Below the pieces are notes generated by a model that saw only the letters and a program-made list of their open reading frames with translations, ran no database searches and had not been told where the DNA came from. The translations under genes were made by a program, and so were the position numbers. Shown piece after piece: positions 1 through 13,115 of a DNA stretch of 64,000 nucleotides. Numbering within the stretch: the stretch's first letter is position 1; each line of letters opens with the position of its first letter. The stretch spans positions 137,070 to 201,069 of the forward strand of contig CAVWPX010000007.1 of assembly GCA_963757055.1 (NCBI GenBank). The letters run 5' to 3'. The DNA comes from an uncultured Chloroflexia bacterium (GTDB lineage: Bacteria; Chloroflexota; Limnocylindria; Limnocylindrales; CSP1-4).

Positions 1-281
1 TCGCGCTCGGGGTCCGCCGCGATGAGCGCGTCGGTGACCGGCCGGGCGAAGCGGTACTTCGACAGCATCAGCGCGGAGACGCCCGCCTCGTCGCGGGCGT
101 TGGCCACGGACGGATCCGCCATGACCAGCTCGGCGACGAGCGTCGCGTCGTCGGCATTGACCGCGGCGATCAGGTCGGCGGGCGTCGGGTTCGGTGCCAT
201 CGTCGGGAAGTGTCTCGCATCCGGACGTGCAAGGTCCTACCCTAGTCCGAGGTCACCACCCTGCAACCCTCGAGGTCATCG

Positions 282-1049
282 ATGCGACTCGCCGACAAGG
301 TCACGATCATCACCGGTGCCGGTGGGGGCATGGGCCGGGTCGCCGCCCAGCTGTTCGCCAAGGAGGGCGCGAAGGTCGTCGTCGCCGAATACAGCGAGAC
401 GGCCGGCCGCGACACCGTCGCCATGGTGGAGGCCGAGGGCGGCACCGCCACGTACGTCCGCGCCGACGTCTCGAAGGAATCCGACGCGAAGGCGATGGTC
501 GACCACGCGCTCGACACCTACGGCCGGGTCGACGTCCTCTACAACAACGCCGGGATCATGCCGGAGGCCGACCACTCGGTGATCGATACCGACGTCGACA
601 CCTGGGACCAGGTGATGGCGGTCAACGTGCGCGGGCCGTTCCTCGGCTGCAAGTACGCGATCCCGGCGATGCAGGCGGGCGGGGGCGGCTCGATCATCAA
701 CGTCGCGAGCTTCGTCGCGATCCTCGGCTGCTCGGTCCCGCAGGACGCGTACACCGCCTCGAAGGGCGCGATCCTGTCGCTGACCCGCAGCCTCGCCGTC
801 CAGTTCGGCCCGAACGGCATCCGGACCAACGCCATCTGCCCCGGGCCGATCGAGACGCCGCTGCTGATGGACTGGCTGCTCAAGGACGAGGCCGCGAAGC
901 GGCTTCGGCTGGCACGGAACCCCACGGGGCGGTTCGGCAAGCCGGAGGAGATCGTGTACATGGCCCTCTACCTCGCCTCGGACGAGTCGAGGTTCACCAA
1001 CGGGGCGTCGCTCGTCGTCGACGGCGGCATCTCGGTCAACTACTTCTAG
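282..1049 (+). CDS. SDR family NAD(P)-dependent oxidoreductase
   Basis: 255 aa ORF; N-terminal TGAGGGMG Rossmann motif, classical SDR layout (NAG, Y..K region). Confidence 0.85.
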   Translation: MRLADKVTIITGAGGGMGRVAAQLFAKEGAKVVVAEYSETAGRDTVAMVEAEGGTATYVRADVSKESDAKAMVDHALDTYGRVDVLYNNAGIMPEADHSVIDTDVDTWDQVMAVNVRGPFLGCKYAIPAMQAGGGGSIINVASFVAILGCSVPQDAYTASKGAILSLTRSLAVQFGPNGIRTNAICPGPIETPLLMDWLLKDEAAKRLRLARNPTGRFGKPEEIVYMALYLASDESRFTNGASLVVDGGISVNYF

Positions 1050-1055
1050 CGGAGC

Positions 1056-1960
1056 GTGGACGTGGCTGCGGGCCGGATCGCCATCGGCGTCGACGTCGGC
1101 GGGAGCGGGATCAAGGCGGCCGTCGTCGACGTCGAGAGCGGGGCGATCCGCTCGGACCGGCTGCGCGTGCCGACGCCGGTGCCCTCGACGCCGGACGCGG
1201 TCAACGCGTCGATCGCCCGGCTCGTGAAGCGGCTGGTGACGTCGAGCGGGCTCGGTCCGACGACCCCGGTCGGCGTCGGCCTTCCGGGGGTCACGATCGA
1301 CGGGCACGTCCGCACGGCGTCGAACATCGACCCGAGCTGGCTCGACTTCGCGGAGCGGGAGCGCCTCTCGAGGATGCTCCTCCGCCCGGTCGCGATCGTG
1401 AACGACGCCGATGCGGCGGGGATCGCCGAGATGCGCTTCGGGATCGGCCGGGACCGACCAGGGACCGTCATCTTCCTGACGCTGGGGACCGGCGTGGGGT
1501 CCGGCGTGTTCTATGACGGCGTGCTGGTCCCGAACACGGAATTCGGCCAGATGGAGATCCGCGGCCGACCCGCCGAGCGGCGATCCGCCGCCATCGCGCG
1601 GACGCGTCGCGGCCTCTCGTGGAAGGCCTGGGCGGCCGACCTCGACGAGCACCTCCAGGCCATCGACACGCTGCTCTGGCCGAACCTCCTGATCCTCGGC
1701 GGCGGCGTCAGCAAGAACGCCGACCGGTTCATCCCGCGGCTCACCGTCCGGCCGCCGGTCGTGGCCGCGACCCTGCGCAACGACGCGGGGATCATCGGGG
1801 CCGCGATCGTCGCGGTCGAGCAGGGGGTGACCGCCGGACCGGTCCTCGAGGACCTGCCGACGATCCCGACGTCGCCCGCGCCAGCCGGCGCGAACGGGAC
1901 CGATCCCCGACCCACGACCGCCTCCCCGACCACCGACGCCACCTCGCGAGGTCCCGACCG

Positions 1961-1964
<4 letters not shown>
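1056..1964 (+). CDS. ppgK: ROK family sugar kinase (polyphosphate glucokinase-like)
   Basis: 302 aa ORF; N-terminal GVDVGGSGIKAAVVD ROK/ASKHA motif resembling actinobacterial PpgK; stop overlaps next gene start (ATGA). Confidence 0.7.
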
Positions 1965-3454
<1,490 letters not shown>

Positions 3455-3493
3455 GCCCGTGCCGGGCGTCGGCCCGGAGTCACGAAACCGAGC

Positions 3494-4108
3494 CTAGGAG
3501 CCCACGACCCGTTCCGGCCACCCCAGCGCCGGGTGCCGCAGGTCGAGCCAGTCGCGCAGCGCCCACGTCGACGTGCGGAACGCGATCTTGGGCCACGGGA
3601 TCTCGTCCGGCGCGTAGGCCCGGATCTCGGTCGCCTCCGGGGTCGGCGCGGCGGTCCCGCCCACGATCCGCGCCTCGAACACGATCGTGACGACCGCCGC
3701 CTCGAGCCGCGTGTAGAGCCCCACCATCGTGCCCGGCTCGACCAGCAGCCCGGTCTCCTCCCAGGTCTCGCGGATGGCCGCCTGGTGGACCGTCTCGTCG
3801 ACCTCGAGGAAGCCGCCAGGCTGGGCCCACAGCCCGAGGCCCGGCTCGATGCCGCGGCGGATCAGGACGACCCTCCCGTCGTCGTCGATGGGGAGCGTCG
3901 TCACGACGAGCCGCGGGTTCACGTACGCGATGTGGCCGCAGGCCTCGCAGGACAGCCGCTGGCGGTCCTCGCCATCGACCAGCCCGAAGCGGAGCGGCGA
4001 CCCGCATCGGCTGCAGAAGTTCAGCGACGACGTCATCCAGTTCGGGACGCCGCGCCCGGACGCGATGTCGGACGACCGGCCGTCGGGTCCGCGCTCGAAG
4101 TCGTCCAT
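3494..4108 (-). CDS. NUDIX hydrolase with CxxC...CxxC zinc ribbon
   Basis: Nudix box [23 protein letters not shown]; zinc-ribbon CSRCGS...CEACG; start taken at internal MDDFE. Confidence 0.75.
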   Translation of the reverse strand: MDDFERGPDGRSSDIASGRGVPNWMTSSLNFCSRCGSPLRFGLVDGEDRQRLSCEACGHIAYVNPRLVVTTLPIDDDGRVVLIRRGIEPGLGLWAQPGGFLEVDETVHQAAIRETWEETGLLVEPGTMVGLYTRLEAAVVTIVFEARIVGGTAAPTPEATEIRAYAPDEIPWPKIAFRTSTWALRDWLDLRHPALGWPERVVGS

Positions 4109-4554
4109 CAGGCGAGCAGCACGAGGATGCCGGCCCCGACCAGCGCGGCCAGCCCGATGAGGCTGACGACGACCCAGGCGAGGCGGAACAGGCCCTTGGT
4201 CCGGTCCACCGGCATCCACGCCCAGGCCGCGCGCCAGATGCGGACGACGGCGTCGGCGGTCGTGATCACGAGCAGCGGCAGGGCGATGAGCACGCACAGC
4301 TTGACCAGCGGGCTGCCGAACGAGGCGCCCACCTCGAGCGCGGTGATCGCGATCGCGCCGAGGATCAGGACCGGCACGCTGAGCAGGACGTAGTGCTTCT
4401 GGAGCGGCGTCGGCGCGACCTCGGGGACCGATCGCGGCGGCAGGCCCTGGAGGCTCGGCGGGAGGACCGGCGTGCGCACGGCCTGGCGGTCGAGCGTCGG
4501 CATCCCGGGCTCCCAGCGGGGGTCGTCCATGGTGTGCGGCTCGCCGGGCGTCAT
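4108..4554 (-). CDS. hypothetical integral membrane protein
   Basis: 3-4 predicted TM helices in ORF 4108..4698; start taken at internal Met; no recognisable family. Confidence 0.4.
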   Translation of the reverse strand: MTPGEPHTMDDPRWEPGMPTLDRQAVRTPVLPPSLQGLPPRSVPEVAPTPLQKHYVLLSVPVLILGAIAITALEVGASFGSPLVKLCVLIALPLLVITTADAVVRIWRAAWAWMPVDRTKGLFRLAWVVVSLIGLAALVGAGILVLLA

Positions 4555-4570
4555 GCCCGCGAGTGTACGG

Positions 4571-5041
4571 CTAGACGCTCCGGGTCTCGCGAACGTCGGG
4601 GTCCTCGACGACGACCGAGCACGTCGGGCACCACCAGCGGGTCTCGAGCGCGGTGCCGCACAGCTCGTGCTGGATCGGCTCGCCCGCGCCGCCGGCACCG
4701 GCCCCCCAGTCGGCGAGCAGCCGGAGGACCGACCCGAGCTCCTTCCCGGTCGCGGTGAGCGAGTACGACATCCGCGGCGGCCGATCCTGGTACGGGGTCG
4801 CCGTCAGGATCCGCTCGCGCTCGAGGCGGCGCAGCCGCTCGCTGAGGATGTTCGGGGCGATGCCGGGCAGGTCCTCGCCCAGCTCGTTGAACCGCCGCGG
4901 CGCCTCGAGGAGCGCCTCCACGATCAGCAGGCTCCAGCGGTCGCCGACGCGGTCGAGCGCGGCCTCGAGGGCCGGGGTCGGACGGGAGGCGGGTCGCTCG
5001 GGCATCGGTCCAAGCGTAGGGGCGAGGTCGGGGGTTGTCAT
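4571..5041 (-). CDS. HxlR family transcriptional regulator
   Basis: winged helix core RWSLLIVEALLEAPRRFNELGEDLPGIAPNILSERLRRLERERIL typical of HxlR/MarR-like regulators. Confidence 0.7.
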   Translation of the reverse strand: MTTPDLAPTLGPMPERPASRPTPALEAALDRVGDRWSLLIVEALLEAPRRFNELGEDLPGIAPNILSERLRRLERERILTATPYQDRPPRMSYSLTATGKELGSVLRLLADWGAGAGGAGEPIQHELCGTALETRWWCPTCSVVVEDPDVRETRSV

Positions 5042-5137
5042 CGTCGCGGAGTCAGTAGTAGATTGCAAGTCACAAGTCTATCGCGACGGGCCAACGGCTC
5101 GCCGCCAGCGTCCCAGGCCACCCAGGAGCACCCATCC

Positions 5138-6010
5138 ATGAGCGCCATCGAAGACCTCCAGACCGCCGTCACCGCCGTCGCCGAGCGGGTCGGCCCCTCC
5201 ATCGTCGGGATCGGCCGCGGCACCCGCGGCTCCGGCGTCGTCATCGCCGACGGCGTCGTCCTGACCAACGCCCACAACCTCCGCGGTGACGAGGTCACCG
5301 TCACGTTCGCGGACGGCCGCCAGACCGTCGGCACGGTGACGGCCGTCGACGGCGACGGCGATCTCGCGGTCGTCAAGGTCGAGACGACCGGCGCCACGCC
5401 CCTCGAGTGGGGCGACGGCTCGGTCCCGAACATCGGCACCGCCGTCTTCGGGGCGGCCGCCTCGCACGGTGGCGGGACCCGGGTCACGTTCGGGCTCGTC
5501 TCGGCCGTGGCGCGCGCGTTCCGCGGCCCGGGCGGCCGCCGCATCGAGGGCAGCGTCGAGCACACCGCGCCGATGGCGCCGGGCTCCTCGGGCGGCGCGC
5601 TCGTCGACGCCGACGGCAAGCTGATCGGCCTCAACACCAACCGCATCGGCGAGGGCTTCTACCTCGCGCTGCCGGCCGACGCCGCCCTCAAGGCGCGCGT
5701 CGATGCGCTCACCCGCGGCGAGACCCCGACGCGCGTCCGGCTCGGCGTCGCGATCGCCCCGTCGCACGTCGCCCGGCGGCTCCGCCGATCCGTCGGCCTG
5801 CCCGATCGTGACGGCGTGCTGGTGCGCGGCGTCGAGGACGGCAGCCCGGCCGAGGCGGCCGGCATCGAGGCCGGCGACCTCATCGTCGAGGCCGCCGGCA
5901 AGCCGGTCACCGACGGCGACGACCTGTTCACGGCGCTCGGCGGCGTGAGCGGCACGTACGAGGTCAAGGTGGTCCGCGGGGCGGAGGAGCGCACCGTCAC
6001 CGTCGGCTAG
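5138..6010 (+). CDS. trypsin-like serine protease with C-terminal PDZ domain (HtrA/S1C family)
   Basis: catalytic motifs TNAHN, DLAVVKV, GSSGGAL; C-terminal PDZ-like region GVLVRGVEDGSPAEAAGIEAGDLIV. Confidence 0.8.
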   Translation: MSAIEDLQTAVTAVAERVGPSIVGIGRGTRGSGVVIADGVVLTNAHNLRGDEVTVTFADGRQTVGTVTAVDGDGDLAVVKVETTGATPLEWGDGSVPNIGTAVFGAAASHGGGTRVTFGLVSAVARAFRGPGGRRIEGSVEHTAPMAPGSSGGALVDADGKLIGLNTNRIGEGFYLALPADAALKARVDALTRGETPTRVRLGVAIAPSHVARRLRRSVGLPDRDGVLVRGVEDGSPAEAAGIEAGDLIVEAAGKPVTDGDDLFTALGGVSGTYEVKVVRGAEERTVTVG

Positions 6011-6020
6011 CATCTGGCGC

Positions 6021-6785
6021 GTGGAGCGCCTGATCGCCTGGTACACGGTCGGCTCGTCGCTCGGCGCGGTCGTCGCGCTGGTCGTCGCGAACGCCATCCC
6101 GCTCGTCGGGGTCGTGTTCTTCGGCTGGGACGTCTGGACGATCCTGATCGTCTACTGGGTCGAGAACGGGATCGTCGGCTTCTACAACATCCTGAAGATG
6201 TGGCTGGCCGAGGGCGTCGACGACGCGCAGGCCCAGACGACGATCAACGGGCGCCCGATCACGGGCAAGGCGAAGGGGTTCCTGATCCCGTTCTTCGTCG
6301 TCCACTACGGGATCTTCTGGGTCGTCCACGGCGTGTTCGTGCTCTCGTTCGCGGCGTTCGCGAGCCTCGGCGCGGACCCGGGTGCGATCACGATCCTGCC
6401 CGGTGCTGTGATCACGACCTTGCCCGGGACGATCCCCGATGCCGGCGTCGCCTCGTCAGCGGCGAGCGGCCCCGATGCCGGCGCGATCGCGTTCGCGGCC
6501 GTCGCGCTGTTCATCGGCCACGGCGCGTCGTTCCTGTTGAACTACGTCGGCCGTCGCGAGTACCTGCGGGTCTCCGCGGCCAGCCAGATGTTCGCGCCGT
6601 ACGGCCGCCTCGTGATCCTCCACCTGACGATCCTGCTCGGCGCGTTCGCGATCATGGTCATCGGCGCGCCGGTCGGTGCCGTCGCGGTGCTGGTCGCGCT
6701 CAAGACGGCGATGGACCTCGGCTTCCACCTGCGCGAGCATCGGGGCGTCGCGGCGCGGCCGGCCGCGCCGGTGGTCATCGCCTAG
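6021..6785 (+). CDS. hypothetical polytopic membrane protein
   Basis: 254 aa ORF, 6+ hydrophobic segments; no assignable function. Confidence 0.45.
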   Translation: MERLIAWYTVGSSLGAVVALVVANAIPLVGVVFFGWDVWTILIVYWVENGIVGFYNILKMWLAEGVDDAQAQTTINGRPITGKAKGFLIPFFVVHYGIFWVVHGVFVLSFAAFASLGADPGAITILPGAVITTLPGTIPDAGVASSAASGPDAGAIAFAAVALFIGHGASFLLNYVGRREYLRVSAASQMFAPYGRLVILHLTILLGAFAIMVIGAPVGAVAVLVALKTAMDLGFHLREHRGVAARPAAPVVIA

Positions 6786-6822
6786 TCGGCCTGGCGCGTC
6801 GCGACCCCGCGCCTGGCGTCGC

Positions 6823-7326
6823 CTAGCCCGAGTTCGACGGGTCGTCCATCACCGATTCGGTCTGGCGGGCGCGCCACGCGGCCAGGCGCTCGGCCAGCCC
6901 CGCGTCCGAGAGCGCGAGGATCGAGGCGGCCAGCAGGCCGGCATTCGTGGCATTGCCGATGGCGACCGTCGCGACCGGCACGCCGCGCGGCATCTGGACG
7001 ATCGAGAGCAGCGAGTCGAGGCCGCCGAGGTGCTGCGTCGGGATCGGCACGCCGATGACCGGCAGCGCCGTCTTGGCGGCGAGCATGCCGGGGAGATGGG
7101 CCGCCCCGCCGGCACCGGCGACGATCACCTTGATGCCTCGCCCGGCGGCGCCTTCGGCGTAGCGGAAGAGGTGGTCGGGCGTCCGATGCGCCGAGACGAC
7201 CTTCAGCTCCGACGCGACGCCGAGCTCGTCGAGGACCGCCACGGCGGCCTCGAGGGTCGGGAAGTCCGAGCGGGAGCCGCCGACCACGCCGACGAGCGGC
7301 GATCCCGTCTTCGCCCCGTCGCTCAT
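6823..7326 (-). CDS. purE: N5-carboxyaminoimidazole ribonucleotide mutase
   Basis: PurE signature [10 protein letters not shown]...VSAHRTP...[15 protein letters not shown]; start overlaps purK stop. Confidence 0.9.
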   Translation of the reverse strand: MSDGAKTGSPLVGVVGGSRSDFPTLEAAVAVLDELGVASELKVVSAHRTPDHLFRYAEGAAGRGIKVIVAGAGGAAHLPGMLAAKTALPVIGVPIPTQHLGGLDSLLSIVQMPRGVPVATVAIGNATNAGLLAASILALSDAGLAERLAAWRARQTESVMDDPSNSG

Positions 7327-8528
7327 CGATGCTCCTTCGTCGAGGGGTCCGCCGCCCATCCGAGCGCGTCGCGCGCGGCGCGGGCTCGGGTCAGGGCCTC
7401 GTCCGCGGTCGGGCCGAGCGCCGTGACGTGCCCCATCTTGCGGCGTTCGAAGACCTGCCGCTTGTCGTACAGATGCAGGTGGACGTCGGGATCCGCGAGC
7501 GCGGCCGCCACCCCGGTGAGCCGCGCCGGCCGCTTCGGACCGGCGCCGAGCAGGTTGGCCATCGCGGTCGGCGAGAGCGCGTCGGTCGAGCCGAGCCCCA
7601 GCCCGCAGATGGCCCGGATGTGCTGCTCGAACTGCGACGTCGCGGCGCCCTCGATCGTCCAGTGGCCGCTGTTGTGGACGCGCGGCGCCAGCTCGTTGAC
7701 GACCAGCGAGCCGTCGCGAAGCAGGAACAGCTCCGCGGTGAGCGTGCCGACCAGGTCCATCGCGGCCGCCAGCCGCAGGCCGATGTCCGCGGCTCCGGCC
7801 GCGATCGCCGCGTCGACCGGGGCGGGCGCGACCGACTCGAACAGGATCCCGGCGTCGTGGACGTTCCGGGCGATCGGGAACGTCGCGGTCGAGCCGTCGA
7901 TGCCGCGGGCGACGATGACCGAGAGCTCGGCCTCGAAGTCGATCTCGCGCTCGGCGAGGAGCACGCTCCCCGCCGGCCGGCCGAGCGAGGCCAGCGCGCC
8001 GTCGATCTCGTCCGCGGCCGCGACCCGGATCTGGCCCCGACCGTCGTAGCCGCCGCTCGCCGCCTTCAGGCGGATGGGCAGCCCGAGCGCATCGGCGGCG
8101 GCACGGAGCTCGTCGGTCGTGCGGACCTCGCGCCAGGGCGCGACCGCGACCCCGGCGCCCTCGACGAACCGGCGCTCGGCGATCCGGTCGTGCGTGACGA
8201 CCAGCGGCGTCCGCCCGGGCCGCACCGGGACCAGCGGCTCGATGGCCTCGACGACGGCCGCGGCGATGTGCTCCAGCTCGTAGGTGACGACGGCGCTACG
8301 CCCGGCCAGCCGCAGCGCCGCGCCGATGTCGTCGTACGCGCCGATCACCAGCTCGTCGGCGACGGATGCGCTCGGGCAGTCGATGTCGGGGTCGAGGACG
8401 GCGATGCGGTAGCCCATCGCGCGGGCGGCCTGCGCCAGCATCCGGCCCAGCTGGCCACCACCGAGGATGCCGATCGTGGCGGGCGGCAGGACGGGCGGCA
8501 GGACGGGCTCGCCGATGGGGGTCGTCAC
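7323..8528 (-). CDS. purK: N5-carboxyaminoimidazole ribonucleotide synthetase
   Basis: 401 aa ATP-grasp protein with PurK-like N-terminus ([13 protein letters not shown]) and C-terminus; GTG start inside longer ORF 7323..9725. Confidence 0.85.
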   Translation of the reverse strand: MTTPIGEPVLPPVLPPATIGILGGGQLGRMLAQAARAMGYRIAVLDPDIDCPSASVADELVIGAYDDIGAALRLAGRSAVVTYELEHIAAAVVEAIEPLVPVRPGRTPLVVTHDRIAERRFVEGAGVAVAPWREVRTTDELRAAADALGLPIRLKAASGGYDGRGQIRVAAADEIDGALASLGRPAGSVLLAEREIDFEAELSVIVARGIDGSTATFPIARNVHDAGILFESVAPAPVDAAIAAGAADIGLRLAAAMDLVGTLTAELFLLRDGSLVVNELAPRVHNSGHWTIEGAATSQFEQHIRAICGLGLGSTDALSPTAMANLLGAGPKRPARLTGVAAALADPDVHLHLYDKRQVFERRKMGHVTALGPTADEALTRARAARDALGWAADPSTKEHR

Positions 8529-8600
8529 GCTCCCGAGTGTACGGGCCGGGGCCCCGCGCCCGCCGATCCGCCACCGGCCGCAGCGGGGTAGCATCGGGCC

Positions 8601-9671
8601 ATGCCCGACCGCACCGCACTCATCCTCGATGTCGACACCGGCATCGACGACAGCCTCGCGCTCCTCTATGCCGCCGCGTCCCCGGAGGCCGAGATCGTCG
8701 CGGCCACCTGCGTCTCGGGCAACGTCGACGGCGCCCAGGTCGCGATCAACACCCGGGCCGTGCTGGAGCTCGCCGGGCGGACCGACATCGAGGTCGCCCT
8801 CGGTCGCGAGGTCCCGCTCGTCCGCGAGCTCGAGACGACACCCGAGACGCACGGCCCGCAGGGCCTCGGCTTCGCCGTCCTCCCGCCGCCATCGCGACCG
8901 CTGTCGGAGCGCCACGCCGTCGACCTCATCGTCGAGGAGGTCCGCCGCCGTCCCGGCGAGATCACGCTGGTCACGCTCGGCCCGCTCACCAACCTCGCGC
9001 TCGCGCTCGACAAGGAGCCGGCCCTCCCCCGCCTGCTCAAGGGCTACACGCTGATGGGCGGCGCGTTCGGCGTCTCCGGCAACACGACGCCGACCACCGA
9101 GTGGAACATCCACTGCGACCCTGACGCCGCGAAGATCGTGTTCGCCCGCTGGGCGGAGGCGATGGCCGCCGATCCGACGATCCCGCTCCCGATGGCGCTC
9201 GGCCTCGACGTGACCGAGCGCGCGCGGATCCTCCCCGACGACGTGGTCCGGCTCGCGAGACGCGCGGGCAGCACGCCGGACGACTCGATCGCGCTCTCGC
9301 ACGGCGAGGACCCGATGCTCGCGACCCGGTCCGTGGCGAGCAACCCGATCGTCCGCTACGTCGCGGACGCGCTGCGCTTCTACATGGAGTTCCACCTCCG
9401 GTACGACGGGTTCTACGGCGCGTTCATCCACGACCCGCTGGCGGTCGCGGCAGCACTGGACCGCACGCTGGTCGAGACCGAGCCGCTCTTCGTCGACGTC
9501 GAGACGGCCGGCGAGCTGACCGCAGGGATGACCGTCGCGGACCGGCGCCACCTCACGGGCAAGCCGCCCAACCTCGATGTCGCCGTCGAGGCCGACGTCG
9601 CCACGTTCCTCGACCGGCTCATCGAACGCGTCGGGGGGCTGGCGTCGGAGCGGTCCGCCGTGGCACGCTAG
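8601..9671 (+). CDS. nucleoside hydrolase (inosine-uridine preferring family)
   Basis: N-terminal DVDTGIDD aspartate cluster of IU-nucleoside hydrolases; 356 aa. Confidence 0.85.
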   Translation: MPDRTALILDVDTGIDDSLALLYAAASPEAEIVAATCVSGNVDGAQVAINTRAVLELAGRTDIEVALGREVPLVRELETTPETHGPQGLGFAVLPPPSRPLSERHAVDLIVEEVRRRPGEITLVTLGPLTNLALALDKEPALPRLLKGYTLMGGAFGVSGNTTPTTEWNIHCDPDAAKIVFARWAEAMAADPTIPLPMALGLDVTERARILPDDVVRLARRAGSTPDDSIALSHGEDPMLATRSVASNPIVRYVADALRFYMEFHLRYDGFYGAFIHDPLAVAAALDRTLVETEPLFVDVETAGELTAGMTVADRRHLTGKPPNLDVAVEADVATFLDRLIERVGGLASERSAVAR

Positions 9672-9757
9672 ACACGGAGGGTAGCGGCGGCGTCGTTCGG
9701 CAACCACGAGGAGGACGCGTTCCATGAGTTGGGGTCGAATTCGACACCCGGACCATC

Positions 9758-10576
9758 GTGCTCATCCCCATCGCGATCGCCATCAACATCGTGCTCGGCC
9801 AGACGGTCGCTTCCGTCCTCAAGGTCCCGATCTACCTCGATTCCATCGGGACGATCCTGGTCGCCGTCCTGGCCGGTCCGATCCCGGGCTTGGTCACCGG
9901 CCTGCTCGCAAACCTTGTCTGGACCTACGTGCTGCCGGCGCCATTCCATTCGGACTTCGCCGCGCCATTCGCGGTCGTCGCGGCATGGATCGGCTTCTTC
10001 GCCGGTCTCGTCGCCCAATTCGGCTTCTTCCGCAGCCGTCCGAATTCGTCCTGGGGCCAGGTGGCGCTCGCCGCGCTCGTCGTGGTCCTGGTCCTCGGCG
10101 GGATCGGGTACTACGGATTCCTGCCCTTCTATACGGACGGCACGTTCACCTTCTTCGGTGATACCTCGCAAGCCGGCGCCTTCTTCGTGATCCTCGGGTA
10201 TGCGATCCGATCGGCTTCGTCGCGGCCATCGTCGGCCTGATCCTGCTCCTCGTCCTCCGCCGGGATGTCGGGCGTCGGATACGTGGCGGTCGCCGGGCTC
10301 ATCTGACGGCATCGTCTCCGCCCTGATCTCCGCGCCGATCTCCGCGGTCGTCTTCGGCGGCGTCACCGGCTCGGTTCGGATCTCCTGGTCGCGGCGTTCC
10401 AGCAGGCCGGCGCCGAACTGTCCAAAGCGGTCCTCCAGCAGGGCCTGCTGTCGGACCCGATCGACAAGACGCTCGAATTCCTGCTGGTCTTCGTGATCCT
10501 CCAGACGCTCTCGCGTCGTTTCGTCGCCCGATTCCCGCAAGGGGAGAAGGCGATCGGCCTCGAGGAGGCCGCGTAG
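9758..10576 (+). pseudogene. ECF transporter substrate-specific (S) component, frameshifted
   Basis: 5-6 TM small membrane protein starting MLIPIAIAINIVLG; reading frame breaks near 10230, C-terminal part continues in another frame to stop near 10576. Confidence 0.5.
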
Positions 10577-10579
10577 CGG

Positions 10580-11409
10580 CGTTCGCGTCGGCACGGATCA
10601 TCCGCGCCGACGGTCTCGAGCCGGCCGACCAGGAGCTGCTCGACCGGCTCATTCCACGCACCCCGACCGGATCCATCGGCTCAATCCGCTGACCAAGGCG
10701 GTGATCGCCACCGGCGGGTCGATCGGCGCGTTCATCCTCGGCGGGTACATCGGGCCGATCGCGATCATCGCCGTGATGCTCCTGCTCGCATGGCGGGCGC
10801 AGGTGCTCGGCCGTCTGGCCCGTGCGTCCCTGCTCCTGACGCTGCCCGTCGCGATCTCGGTCGTCCTCGTCAGCGCCGTTCACGCGGGCCGGCACGACCG
10901 TCCTCTTCGAGGTCGGGCCCTTCGATGTCACGGCGGAGGGTGTCGACTTTGCCGCGCAGACCGTCGTCCGGTTGTTCGCGATCTCCCTCGTCGATCGGCC
11001 TCTTCGTCCTCACGACCGAGCCGCGCGCCTTCGTGTTCGACCTCGAGCGGCGCGGCGTGTCCCCGCGCTTCGCGTTCGTTGCCGTCGCCACGATCGAGGC
11101 GGTCCCCAGACCTCGTGGAGCGAGCCGTGGTGATCTCCGAGAGCCAGCGTGCGCGGGGCCTTGACACGGAGGGCAGCTTCCGGGCACGTCTCCGCGGGCA
11201 TCTTGCCGTTGGTGGGGCCGGTGATCCTGTCGTCGCTCACTGACGTCGAGGAGCGGAGCCTGGCTCTCGAGTCCCGGGCGTTCAGCCGGCCCGGCCGTCG
11301 CCGGCTCCTGTGGGCGATGGGCGACACGCCCTGGGAACGCGTCCTCCGATGGGCGATCCTCCTGTCGCTGGTGGTCGCGGCGATCGCGCGCCTGAGCGGC
11401 GTGATCTAG
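10580..11409 (+). pseudogene. ECF transporter transmembrane (T) component EcfT/CbiQ-like, at least 4 frameshifts
   Basis: CbiQ-like segments IHRLNPLTK, FVFDLERRGVSPRF, ARGLDTEGS, ILPLVGPVILSSL distributed over three frames between 10620 and 11409. Confidence 0.55.
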
Positions 11410-11415
11410 GGCCGC

Positions 11416-13084
11416 CATGCTGGAGTTGCGGCGGCGTCAGCTATCGATACGCGCGGGTACGCCCGGTCGGTCCTCCACGAGGTGGACCTGACGCTGGAGG
11501 ACGGACGGATCCTGGGCGTGGTCGGCGCCAACGACGCGGGGAAGTCGACGACCTGCCTCGTGGCGTCTGGCCTGGCGGCCGGGTTCATCCGGCGGGTCGT
11601 GCGCTGACCGCGCGGCGGCACTGTTGATCGATGGCGAGCGAGGCGGGGAGGCCCGGCTGACGCGCTACTGGGGCGGGTCGGGATCGTGTTCGCGAACTCC
11701 GCGAAGCAGCTCTCGGCGTGACCAGCTGACGGTCTGCGAGGAGCTCGCGTTCGGCCGGAGAACCTGGGCGTGGCGCGGGCCGAGATGGACGGCCCATCAT
11801 GCCGTTGGCCGGCTTGGCATCGAGCACCTCGCCGAGCGCGAGCCGCGCCCTGTCGGGCGGGGGCAGCAGCGGGTGGCGATCGCCAGCATCATCGCGATGG
11901 GGACCGCCATGTCCTGGTGCTGGACGAGCCGACCGCCCAGCTCGATCCCGGAGGGCCGCGACTCGTCGCCGACCCGCTCGACGGGCCTGGCCCGGTCCGG
12001 GACGGCGATCTTGCTGCGCGACCGCGCACAAGACCGGCCGCATGGACCGCTGCCTGTCCTCGACGCCGGCCGCCGTCGCGCTCGACCGACGGACGGGTCG
12101 CCGCTGCGACGGGCGACCTGCGACCGCCGACGCTCGTCCGGCGGCCCGGCTCGAGGCGTGCTCCGGCGTCGACGCGGCCGCTCGCGGCGGCCGCCTCGGC
12201 CGGCTCGCTCGTCGTCGCGGAGGGGCGTCGCGACCCGGCGGGCCTGGTCGCCGGCCCGCGACCCGGTGCCGCCATCGGGATCGACGGCGTCGGTTCGTCG
12301 CTACCCGGGCGGGCGTCGAGGCGCTCTCGCGGGGTCGCGCTCACGATCGACGCCGGCGAGGCCGTCGCGATCGTCGGCCAGAACGGGTCCGGCAAGACCA
12401 CGCTCGTCAAGCATCTCAACGGTCTGCTGCGTCCGGCCGAGGGCCGGGTCTCGATCGACGGCGCCGACACCGCGGGGCGGACGGTCGCCGAGCTCGCGCG
12501 CTACCGTCGGGTTCGTCTTCCAGAACCCGGACGAGCAGCTCTTCGAGCGGTCCGTCGAGCGCGAGGTCTCGTTCGGGCCGCGCAACCTCGGGCGCGCAGC
12601 GGCGGACATCCCGGGGCTGGTCGCGGACAGCCTCGACGGCGGTCGGGCTGCAGGACGTCCGCGCCACCAACCCCTACGACCTCGACCTGTCGCGCCGCAA
12701 GCTCGTGGCGCTGGCCGGCGGTCCTCGCCATGGACCCGGCCGTGCTGGTCCTCGACGAGCCGACGACCGGGCAGGACGCCGACGGCATCGAGCGCGTGGA
12801 GGCCGTCGTCGGGGCCTACCGGCGGGCGGGCCGGACGGTCGTGGCGATCACGCCACGACATGGAGTTCGCGGCGTCGAATTTCTCGCGCATCGTGGTCAT
12901 GCGCCTCGGCGAGGTCGCGCTCGACGGGCCGCCCGCCGAGGTCTTCCAGCCGTCGAACGCCGGCCTGCTCGCCTCGACCGGGCTGACGCTGCCGCCGGTG
13001 GCGCGGATCGGCGCGCTGCTCGGGCTCGACCCGGCACCGCTGGACCTCGCGTCCCTCGTCGCCGCGCTCGCGGCACGCGGCTGA
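11416..13084 (+). pseudogene. ECF transporter tandem ATPase (fused EcfA-EcfA'), many frameshifts
   Basis: two ABC domains (GANDAGKST; [13 protein letters not shown]; GQNGSGKTT; VLVLDEPTTGQD) recoverable only by joining pieces from all three forward frames. Confidence 0.6.
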
Positions 13085-13115
13085 GCGAGCCCGGACGACC
13101 CGCCGAACGTCCCAT

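Noticed and set aside
7323-9725. 800-aa ORF suggesting a giant PurK fusion
   Set aside because: Only the C-terminal 401 aa are PurK; the upstream 400 aa are antisense to the intact nucleoside hydrolase gene and are low-complexity.
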